NCBI GenBank assembly: GCA_965248195.1
Contig: CBDFIQ010000001.1
Coordinates: 992,001 to 1,056,000, forward strand
Reading direction: 5' to 3'
Length of the DNA stretch: 64,000 bases
From: Longimicrobiales bacterium
GTDB lineage: Bacteria; Gemmatimonadota; Gemmatimonadetes; Longimicrobiales; Gaopeijiaceae
The notes below the pieces were generated by a model. The model was not told the origin of the DNA, ran no database searches, and was given only the letters and a program-made list of their open reading frames with translations. The position numbers and the translations under genes are program-made. Below are positions 9,355-18,600 of this stretch, piece after piece (within the stretch, counting starts at the first letter, position 1; every line of letters starts with the position of its first letter).

Positions 9355-9898
9355 GTTGTTGATGATCCGTCGCACGTGGATCAGCTCCTTGATCTTACCG
9401 ATGACCTTGTCGCCGCTGACCCTGCGCTGTTCCTTGGTCTTTCCTCCGGCCTCTACACCGAGCTGACGGTCGGCTCCTGCGGTCTCGTCGTCCATTCCGG
9501 TCCACTCCTGGTGCGTCCTGGATTCGGTAGGCCAGGCTCACCTTCAGCATGTTAACCACATAAACTTGGATCTTTAGGCCGGCCTCTTCAACAATACCTG
9601 CTGCAACGCAGCCCGTAACACCTTTTCTGCTATACGCCAGGATGGCCCGGCAATACCGCCGTATCGGTGGGTGGCCACGGCGACGAGATCCACCTGACCC
9701 ATCCTCGCCTACGGCGTCCGGGGCTGACGACCTACGACACGCCTGCAAGGGCGTGCAGCATATCTTGCCCATCCACGCATCTCATCGTCTCGTCCTTGCA
9801 TGGCTGGACAGCGTGCGCGCACCTTGGTCTGGGGTCAGCGTTGAAGGGGGAGGGTGTCGGCTCGCCTGGGTACCCGTAAATGGAGGGGAGAAAATTCT

Positions 9899-10501
9899 AT
9901 GGCATGGAAAGTTTCTGGACGAAGCTTGGATTTGTGCAGTTGCAAGATGTGGTGTCCATGTTGGCTCGGCCCTGAGATAGAGCCTGACGAGGGATGGTGT
10001 GCACATACGTTCGGGTATGAAATTCAGCAGGGTAACTCGGATGGCGTAGAACTGAGCGGCACGACGGTGGCACTTACAGGAGAATGGCCGGCTAATTTCT
10101 ATTTGGGTGGAGGCAAGGCTCGTCTCTACATTGGCGAAGCCGCTACCGAAGTTCAACAGCGCGAGCTGGAAGCCATTTTCAGTGGCAAGAAAGGCGGTCA
10201 TTTGGAGAGTCTTTGGGGCGGGGTGATAGACGAATGGTTGCCAGCCAAGGTTGTGAGTGTCGCAATTTCTTGGGGCGAGAAACCGAACCTTTCTGTGAAT
10301 GGTATTGGCCAAGCAACTATGCGGCCATTATCCGATGGTGCTGGAAGATCAACGATCGTATCTGGCGCGATGTCACAAGCAGGACTTCAGATTGATAGCA
10401 TGAACTTGGCTAGCAGTGACGGAAGCCAGTGGTCTGATCCTGACTTTCGCAGCTGGGAAGGCAGCTCTGGAAATATTCATGAATTTGACTGGAGCAACTA
10501 A
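9899..10501 (+). CDS. DUF1326-family protein
   Basis: CSCKMWCPCW start; ARLYIGEAATEVQQRELEAIFSGKKGG; visibly lower GC. Confidence 0.8.
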   Translation: MAWKVSGRSLDLCSCKMWCPCWLGPEIEPDEGWCAHTFGYEIQQGNSDGVELSGTTVALTGEWPANFYLGGGKARLYIGEAATEVQQRELEAIFSGKKGGHLESLWGGVIDEWLPAKVVSVAISWGEKPNLSVNGIGQATMRPLSDGAGRSTIVSGAMSQAGLQIDSMNLASSDGSQWSDPDFRSWEGSSGNIHEFDWSN

Positions 10502-10569
10502 GGGGGGACTGGCGGGAGACTGTACGGCAGCGAAGGCTCAGATCCCCTGGCTTCGCGTTCTTCGTGGAA

Positions 10570-11945
10570 GGTAGTGTCCCTAGATTTGTGTAAAAGCGGA
10601 TAAGCTGGACAGGAGGGAAAGAAAAACGGAAGCTCCTCTGTTGTTGTTCACTGTCACATGAACCCGGGAGTCCGGGTCTGCAGAGCAGGCTCGGAACCGG
10701 AGAGGAGCTTCCGATGCAAGAGATTGTGGAGATCGGTCGGGCCACGCAAGACGAGCTACGCGATGATTTGCGCGAGCTGTTTCAAGGCGCGATCCGGCTG
10801 ACGCTCGAGATGGTGCTGGAAGAGGAGCTGAAGGCCATGGTAGGTGCACGCCGCTTCGAGCGGGTGGGAAGCCGGAAGGACCATAGGAACGGCACATACC
10901 TGAGGCGGCTGCTGACGAGCCTGGGGCAGATCGAGGTCGCCATGCCCCGGAGCCGGGACAACGGTTCGCCGGCCGACGTGATCGGCCGCTACCAGCGCAG
11001 GAGCCCCGAGCTCGACGAGATGATGGTCGAGGCGTATGTGAGCGGCGTGTCACAGCGCAAGATGGGCGACGTCACCGAGGCGCTGATGGGCGAGCGTGTT
11101 GGGCGCTCGACGGTGAGTCGTGTGGCAAAACGGCTCGACGAGGCCGTGGAAGGGCTGCGCCGTGCGCCGATCGAGGGGCCTCACCCCTATCTGTACCTGG
11201 ACGCCACGTTCTTGGACGCCCGCTGGGCCCGCAAAGTCGAGAACGTGAGTGCGCTCGTGGCGTATGCAGTGGGCCCTGAGGGTCACCGACGGCTCCTGGC
11301 CGTCACGCTGGGCGCTGAGGAGTCGCAGCAGAGCTGGTCGGAGCTCCTCGAGCAACTCCAGGACCGCGGCCTCGGCGGTGTCGAGCTCGTGATCGCCGAT
11401 GAGCACGCAGGCCTGGCAGCTGCGGTCCGCCGCTTCCTGCCCGAGGCACGCCGTCAGAGGTGTACGGTCCATCTGCAGCGTAATGTGGGGGCGAGGGTCC
11501 CCCACCGCCTACGCAAGCGCGTGGCGCGTGAGGTCTCGGTGATCTTCCAGACATCCGGACTCGCCGAGGCGAAGAAGCTCCTGGGCGAGTTCGGCGCACG
11601 CTGGAAGAAGGAGCTGCCCGAGGCCGTGGAGGTCCTGGAGCGGGGCTTCGGGGCAGCGACGCAGTTCTACGCGTTCCCCGAGGCGCACTGGCCCCGGCTG
11701 CGTACCACCAACAGCCTCGAGCGGCTGCACGGCGAGATCAAACGCAGGATCAAGGCCGCCGGCGCCTTCCCGGACCGGGCCAGCGCCCTCAGGCTCATCA
11801 CGGCCGTCGCACTCAGGACCACACACGTCTGGGGCGACCGGCGTTACCTCGACCTCTCACTCCTCCAGAAACAGGAGGTCGCCCAAGCAGCCTAGCCGAA
11901 GGCGAGGAGCTTCCTCCGCTTTTACACACAAATCGGGACTTGACC
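10570..11945 (+). mobile_element. IS256-family element, copy 2
   Basis: GGTAGTGTCC...GGGACTTGACC; 8-bp TSD TCGTGGAA at 10562-10569 and 11946-11953. Confidence 0.97.
10714..11895 (+). CDS. IS256-family transposase
   Basis: 393 aa, identical to copy 1. Confidence 0.95.
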   Translation: MQEIVEIGRATQDELRDDLRELFQGAIRLTLEMVLEEELKAMVGARRFERVGSRKDHRNGTYLRRLLTSLGQIEVAMPRSRDNGSPADVIGRYQRRSPELDEMMVEAYVSGVSQRKMGDVTEALMGERVGRSTVSRVAKRLDEAVEGLRRAPIEGPHPYLYLDATFLDARWARKVENVSALVAYAVGPEGHRRLLAVTLGAEESQQSWSELLEQLQDRGLGGVELVIADEHAGLAAAVRRFLPEARRQRCTVHLQRNVGARVPHRLRKRVAREVSVIFQTSGLAEAKKLLGEFGARWKKELPEAVEVLERGFGAATQFYAFPEAHWPRLRTTNSLERLHGEIKRRIKAAGAFPDRASALRLITAVALRTTHVWGDRRYLDLSLLQKQEVAQAA

Positions 11946-12038
11946 TCGTGGAAGGCGTGGTGATCGTCAGGTAGCTGCCGTGGAATGATCCGGGTGGGTC
12001 TCGGGAAACTGCGAGTGTCACCGCGCGATTAGGTGGAT

Positions 12039-12461
12039 ATGAGAACCAGACCAAGTGTGATCCTGATCAGGGAATGGGAAGAGCAGTTGTCAGGCAGCGG
12101 TTGCTGTGGACGAGTGGAAGGCGACTTCCTGACACGCGAAGGAGAGCCCGCCTTTCGGGAGCGTCGGGCATGCATGGAGGCGATGGCACCCTTGTCCCGG
12201 ACGTTGAGAGAGAGATTCGGCGACGCGATCGAGCTTCAGGTCGTGGATCCGCGGAATGCGTTCTTGATATTCCTCCTGCTCAGGGATTTCTGGGCCTTTC
12301 GTGTGGGCCTTGTTGAAGCCCTGAAGACGATCGGGGGGCTCCCGGTCCAGGCCGTGGTCGTGAACGGTAAGCTGCTATCACGAGGGGAGTGGCCGGATCC
12401 GCTCGAGGTGGTTCAGATTCTCGAGGAGGCGATCTCCGCGGGCGTCCTCCAACACGCCTGA
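12039..12461 (+). CDS. Hypothetical protein with GSGCCG motif (possibly thioredoxin-like)
   Basis: SGSGCCG...VVDPRN...AVVVNGKLLSRGEWP. Confidence 0.6.
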   Translation: MRTRPSVILIREWEEQLSGSGCCGRVEGDFLTREGEPAFRERRACMEAMAPLSRTLRERFGDAIELQVVDPRNAFLIFLLLRDFWAFRVGLVEALKTIGGLPVQAVVVNGKLLSRGEWPDPLEVVQILEEAISAGVLQHA

Positions 12462-12551
12462 CGCGCGTCTTCGTGGAAGGCGTGGTTATCGGGTCGGGTC
12501 GATTCTGCTGGGGCGGCAGTCAAGTAATCACGTTCTAAAGGAGTAGAACGA

Positions 12552-12949
12552 GTGTTCAGGAATGTGCCCTTGCTGGTCTTACTCGGGGCTGTAGTAGGGT
12601 GCGCACGTGATTCGCCAACATCCAGTGAGACTTCAGGAATCGTGGGGTATTGGTTCGGGTGCGAGTTGGGCTCTTCAGACAGTTGCCAGATTCTGGATGA
12701 CGATGGTGCACACTTCACAGCCGACGGTCAGGTCTATGGAATCGAAGAATCCACCGCGCTTACTCTACCAGAATGTGGAGAAAGTCTCTGTTTTCGAGCA
12801 GATCGACCCAGCATAACCATTACCCGTGACCTAGTAGGTACCTACAGCCTGGATGGTACGTCCTTAACCGTGACCATTCTCTCATGTACACACACCAGCA
12901 TCTTCCAGATAGGTACTGATTTCACTGAAAACCAATCGAACTGCATGTT
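12552..12949 (+). pseudogene. Cys-containing lipoprotein truncated by IS3
   Basis: AAGGAG RBS, GTG start, VVGC lipobox; frame runs into IS end at 12950. Confidence 0.6.
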
Positions 12950-13093
12950 TGAATCGCCCCGGGTTCATCGGAGACTGTTTGACTTGAGTGTCAGAGGCTC
13001 ACCTGGAGCGTCCTGACGCGAATAATACAACTCTTCGTACTCGGCCGGCGGGATATGGCCGTGGGGCTCGAAGAGGCGATGGTGATTGAACCA

Positions 13094-14469
13094 GGTAGTG
13101 TCCCTAGATTTGTGTAAAAGCGGATAAGCTGGACAGGAGGGAAAGAAAAACGGAAGCTCCTCTGTTGTTGTTCACTGTCACATGAACCCGGGAGTCCGGG
13201 TCTGCAGAGCAGGCTCGGAACCGGAGAGGAGCTTCCGATGCAAGAGATTGTGGAGATCGGTCGGGCCACGCAAGACGAGCTACGCGATGATTTGCGCGAG
13301 CTGTTTCAAGGCGCGATCCGGCTGACGCTCGAGATGGTGCTGGAAGAGGAGCTGAAGGCCATGGTAGGTGCACGCCGCTTCGAGCGGGTGGGAAGCCGGA
13401 AGGACCATAGGAACGGCACATACCTGAGGCGGCTGCTGACGAGCCTGGGGCAGATCGAGGTCGCCATGCCCCGGAGCCGGGACAACGGTTCGCCGGCCGA
13501 CGTGATCGGCCGCTACCAGCGCAGGAGCCCCGAGCTCGACGAGATGATGGTCGAGGCGTATGTGAGCGGCGTGTCACAGCGCAAGATGGGCGACGTCACC
13601 GAGGCGCTGATGGGCGAGCGTGTTGGGCGCTCGACGGTGAGTCGTGTGGCAAAACGGCTCGACGAGGCCGTGGAAGGGCTGCGCCGTGCGCCGATCGAGG
13701 GGCCTCACCCCTATCTGTACCTGGACGCCACGTTCTTGGACGCCCGCTGGGCCCGCAAAGTCGAGAACGTGAGTGCGCTCGTGGCGTATGCAGTGGGCCC
13801 TGAGGGTCACCGACGGCTCCTGGCCGTCACGCTGGGCGCTGAGGAGTCGCAGCAGAGCTGGTCGGAGCTCCTCGAGCAACTCCAGGACCGCGGCCTCGGC
13901 GGTGTCGAGCTCGTGATCGCCGATGAGCACGCAGGCCTGGCAGCTGCGGTCCGCCGCTTCCTGCCCGAGGCACGCCGTCAGAGGTGTACGGTCCATCTGC
14001 AGCGTAATGTGGGGGCGAGGGTCCCCCACCGCCTACGCAAGCGCGTGGCGCGTGAGGTCTCGGTGATCTTCCAGACATCCGGACTCGCCGAGGCGAAGAA
14101 GCTCCTGGGCGAGTTCGGCGCACGCTGGAAGAAGGAGCTGCCCGAGGCCGTGGAGGTCCTGGAGCGGGGCTTCGGGGCAGCGACGCAGTTCTACGCGTTC
14201 CCCGAGGCGCACTGGCCCCGGCTGCGTACCACCAACAGCCTCGAGCGGCTGCACGGCGAGATCAAACGCAGGATCAAGGCCGCCGGCGCCTTCCCGGACC
14301 GGGCCAGCGCCCTCAGGCTCATCACGGCCGTCGCACTCAGGACCACACACGTCTGGGGCGACCGGCGTTACCTCGACCTCTCACTCCTCCAGAAACAGGA
14401 GGTCGCCCAAGCAGCCTAGCCGAAGGCGAGGAGCTTCCTCCGCTTTTACACACAAATCGGGACTTGACC
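13094..14469 (+). mobile_element. IS256-family element, copy 3
   Basis: 8-bp TSD TTGAACCA at 13086-13093 and 14470-14477. Confidence 0.97.
13238..14419 (+). CDS. IS256-family transposase
   Basis: Identical 393-aa protein. Confidence 0.95.
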   Translation: MQEIVEIGRATQDELRDDLRELFQGAIRLTLEMVLEEELKAMVGARRFERVGSRKDHRNGTYLRRLLTSLGQIEVAMPRSRDNGSPADVIGRYQRRSPELDEMMVEAYVSGVSQRKMGDVTEALMGERVGRSTVSRVAKRLDEAVEGLRRAPIEGPHPYLYLDATFLDARWARKVENVSALVAYAVGPEGHRRLLAVTLGAEESQQSWSELLEQLQDRGLGGVELVIADEHAGLAAAVRRFLPEARRQRCTVHLQRNVGARVPHRLRKRVAREVSVIFQTSGLAEAKKLLGEFGARWKKELPEAVEVLERGFGAATQFYAFPEAHWPRLRTTNSLERLHGEIKRRIKAAGAFPDRASALRLITAVALRTTHVWGDRRYLDLSLLQKQEVAQAA

Positions 14470-15280
14470 TTGAACCACCAGACCCATTCGAGGGTGGCGA
14501 GCTCGATGTCTTCGAGGGTGCGCCACGGACCGCGTGGACGAATGAGCTCGGTCTTGTAGAGTCCGATGATCGTCTCGGCCAGGGCGTTGTCATACGAATC
14601 CCCCCGGCTGCCTACGGACGGCTCGATGCCTGCCAACGCCAGGCGCTCGGTGTAGCGGATAGACAGGTACTGCCCCCTGCGGTCGCTGTGATGCACCAGG
14701 CGCTTGTCTGCGTCGTCCTCGCGTTCACAGATCGCCTGCTCGAGAGCGTCGAGCGCTAAGTCACTGCGTAATGAGTTCGAGACCCGCCATCCGACGATGC
14801 GACGGCTGAACGCATCGATCACGAACGCCACGAAGACAAACGCATGGCCCGTCCGCACGTACGTGAGGTCCGAGACCCACAGCTCGTTGGGACGTGCCGC
14901 GCTGAAGTCTCGGTTCACGAGGTCCAGCGGGCGCTCGTCGCCCTCCGCCGTGTGCGTTGTCACCTTGAAGCGCCGCCCTCGCGTAACCCCACAAAGCTCC
15001 AGTTCCTTCATGAGCCGAGCCACCGTGCATCGAGCCACGGTGATGCCTTCCCGGTTCAGCTGCTTCCACACCTTCTTCGCCCCGTAGACCTGGAAGTTCT
15101 GCATCCACACTCGACGGATCTCCGGCTTCAGCATCTCGTCGCGCTGAGCCCGGACCGATCGTAGCGTCGGATCTGCCTGCATCGCCTTGTGCGTGTAGTA
15201 GGTCGACGGAGCGATCGGCAGTACCTCGCAGATCGGCTCGACTCCGTACGTGGGCCGGTAATCGTCGATGAAGGCCACCA

Positions 15281-15601
15281 TCACCGAACTCGGCGGTCGA
15301 GCTCCGCCTGTGCGAAATACGCCGATGCCTTACGCAGAATCTCGTTCGCCCGCTTCAGCTCACGATTCTCACGCTCCAGCACCTTCAGTCGCTCACGCTC
15401 TTCTGTCTTGAGACCGGGCCGTTGCCCCGTGTCTCGCTCCGCTCGTCGAACCCATTTACGTAGCGTCTCCGCCGTGCACCCGATCTTCTCCGAGATCGAG
15501 CAGATCGCCGCCCACTGTGAGCTGTACTCAGGCTCGTGCTCGAAAACCATCCGAACGGCTCGCTCCCGTACCTCTGGGGAGTACTGTCCTTTCCTTTTCA
15601 T
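15281..15601 (-). CDS. IS3 OrfA
   Basis: [13 protein letters not shown]...[14 protein letters not shown]...[15 protein letters not shown]. Confidence 0.92.
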   Translation of the reverse strand: MKRKGQYSPEVRERAVRMVFEHEPEYSSQWAAICSISEKIGCTAETLRKWVRRAERDTGQRPGLKTEERERLKVLERENRELKRANEILRKASAYFAQAELDRRVR

Positions 15602-15651
15602 GACTCCATCCTCTCAACTGATGGAGTCTCCGGCAAACCCGGGGTGATTCA

Positions 15652-18600
15652 CTCACCGCTCCGGGCTTGGTGAGCCCGCCGGTGGCCGGGTCGTACTCGG
15701 CGTACTTGACAGGGTTCTGGGCGAGGAGCGTGTTGGAGAGCGGGGGCGCCGCGAAGTACCGAGGTGTGCGGCCCTTGAATTGGATGCCGTTGGCGCCGTA
15801 GCGGACTACCCAGAGCTGGGCGTCCCGCGCCGGCCCGTTTCCCTGCCACGCCACGCCGCTCGCGATCACCATCGACTTCGCCGCGAACGCGTGCTTGAAG
15901 TCCTCCGCGAAATGCCGATAGGTGAGCGGGCCCTTCGAGGTGTCGAAGTCCTCGGCGGCGAGCGCGTGATCCGAAGGAGCGGCCGTCGTGGTCTGATCGG
16001 GCCGTGGTGGGATCGGCGTGACCGTCTCGACCACGTCGCTGACGCCGCCGTCGGGCTGATTGTCGAACGGCGCGTGTATGCACCCGTCCCTGCGCAGCAT
16101 GATCGACAGGCCGAGCAGATAGATGAGGTCGTCCTTGACGTCCGCTGCCGCGAAGCCCTCGGTGAGCTTGAGGGGCGTCAGCGCCGGCTCAGTCGGCGCC
16201 TCGGTCCCGATAACCGACGGGATCAGCCCCATCAGGTAGCCGTACACCGTATAGGCGTTGTGCTTCAGCAGCGTCGTCTCGAACTCGAGACCCGGCGGGG
16301 AGTCTCCCGGCGTCGCTTGGATCGCATCGAGGATCGAGCTCGTCACGTAGCCGGTGACGCCCTTGTCCGTGCCCGCGACAGCCTCGACATCGAGCTGATA
16401 GTAGAAGAGCGCGTATTTCTCCGCGTCGTTGGCGATGCTCTGAGGCGTGTTGACGAGCGTCTGCAGCGAGGTGCTGATGGGGTGCTGGGGGCAATCGTCC
16501 GTCACCGCGCTGCGGTCGCTGGCCCGTCCCTCGTCCGTCCCGAGGTGCGCCTCGGCCGCCGCGACCCACCCCGCGACCGTTGTCGGCGGGGAGCCGGTGT
16601 GCCCGACCCCGTTGGCCTTCAGGCATGCGATCGCCGCCTCCATGCGGGCGACAACATCCGTATACGGGTTCGTATTGAAGTGGAAGTCGACCTCGAGGTT
16701 CGCCCCCTCGGTTCCTCCGGCCTTGAAGCGGTACGCGAACGACAGATTCGGAAGTCCGGCCAGGCTCGGCACCGGATCGAAGTACAGCGCATCGATCGAG
16801 TCGAGACCCACTCCAGGTGTCGTGATCTCGTTTCCGAACAGATCGGTCCACGAAGCATAGAATGAGACCGGCTGCCCCACGGGCGTGTAGGGATTCTGAT
16901 CCGGCGGCGGCGGTGGTGATGGCGCCGGCGGGGCTGCCAGCGTGGCGGCCCCGGCCACTCGGTACGGGGGAAGGAGCGGGTAGACCTGTCGGTACGTCCA
17001 GACCCCACCAGCCGCCGTCGGCCCGTCTTCCGGATCGACAGGCCCCACACCGGTCGTCTTGGGCGGGGCCGCGATCGCCGTCGTTCCGATCGCGCTCACG
17101 TAGCAGGTGAGAAGGTTGAACAGGTACTCGAGGCTCGGCCCGTACTGTTCCCCACCGTTGTCCGAGCGCGGGGAGGCGGCGGGGTCGGGAGGCGCGTCGC
17201 GCGTCACCTGCACGCCGACGTGGCCGGCCTCGATCGTCGCCACCGTGTGCGTGATGTCGCTCGACGAGCTGTAGAGAACGTCGCCGGCGGCCACCGAGAC
17301 GTTCGCGGTGACGACCGCGTCCATGTAGCCGAGCGGCTTCGACGCGACCGTGGCGGAATCGTACCGGATCACCACCGTGAGCTCCGCCTCGCCCCCCTGA
17401 CCGAAGAGCTCCTCCGGGAGGCCGGCGCCCTTCACGTCGTAGTACAGGTAGTAGCCGCCCGAGTTGGTGATCCCCCCGGTCCACAGATTCGTCAGGAAGC
17501 CCGTCACGTCGGGCGGCGGGGCGGTCTCGAGAAGCGAGAGGAGAACGGCTGATGTGTTTTGCGGCCGACTCTCGGTCGATAGGTTGCTGCGTAACAGCAC
17601 CATCGTGAGGTCGGCTGCCTCCGCCGACTCGAACTGCTCTACGTGGCCCAAATCGTTGGCGAGTCCGTAGGCGATGTGCACCGTGGCCCCGTCGAGCGCG
17701 GCGGTGGCGGCGAGCACCTGCTGCAGGCGATGGATTCCGGCCGCGTCCACGCGGGCCAGCTCGTACGTCGAGGCGAGGTCTCCGGGTTGGCTGCCCTTCG
17801 CACCCGTGGTACCCGGGGTCGAGATGCGTCGGACCGTGACCCGGACGGTCGTTGCCCAGCTCAGATCGTCTGCGGCGACCGGCGTCGGGTCGGTGCTCGG
17901 AATCGAGCCGTCGTCCTGTTCCTTTCCCACGTACAGCTCGAACGTCGAGGCGCCATCCGCCTTCGCGAACGCCGACTGGAGCGTGGGCGGGAGCTGCCAC
18001 AACGTCGTCGGCGTTTTGTCGCCGCCGATCGCCCACGGCGTGCCGAGGGAGATACCGAAGCGACGCGCTTCGCTGTGAGCGATCGGGAGCTCTCCCGCCG
18101 TCGGCTCGATGGCCAGTTCGAGATCCAGACCCGAATGTATGCCGGCGGGACTCCGGAGCAGCGACTGGGCGTCCCCAGACTCGATCTCGACGAGCTGGAT
18201 CGAGCCGTGCATTTGCGGCGGCTCGGGGCCCACGACGTTCCAGTAGTCGTCGGCGTTCTCCGCCAGCGAGAGCGTCAGCGTCGCGGACGTGTCCGTGGTC
18301 CCCACCACCGGGAATCGCTGGCCCGTCAGCTCGTAGAAGGGCTCGGTCTCGGCCGCAGGGGGCGGGGCGGGAGCGTCCTCGTGCGGGGCGGGAGCGCCCT
18401 CGGTCGGGGGCAGAGCGCGTGTGCCGTGGAGGAGATTCCGGGTCGCGAAGCCCGCCGCGTCGGCGAGGTCGGCGTTTTCTACGACGTCTCCGATCGTGGG
18501 CGGCGAAGAAGCGCCCGTGACGTCGCCGTCGCCCTGACCGCCTCCATTTCCGAGGGTCTTCAAGTAGTCGGCTGCGCATTGTACGCCGAAGCGGGCCACG

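Larger units (their letters stand above)
12965..15284 (-). pseudogene. IS3 OrfB transposase interrupted by IS256
   Basis: PNELWVSDLTY, HHSDR, DNALAE; after removing IS256, WVWWF continues as NHHRLFEPHGHIPPAEYE to a stop at 12965. Confidence 0.9.
12950..15651 (-). mobile_element. IS3-family element carrying a nested IS256
   Basis: IRs TGAATCGCCCCGGGTTCATCGGAGAC and GTCTCCGGCAAACCCGGGGTGATTCA; flanks GTT and CTC give no TSD. Confidence 0.93.

Noticed and set aside
7462..11945. Composite transposon formed by inverted IS256 copies 1 and 2
   Set aside because: Copy 2 has its own TSD and the outer flanks do not match
9835..12949. Classical integron cassette array
   Set aside because: No intI in the window, and the repeats lack attC core sites and palindromic structure
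15528..15651. C-terminal extension of the giant ORF (ESPRVCRR...)
   Set aside because: Read-through into the IS3 end, not native sequence
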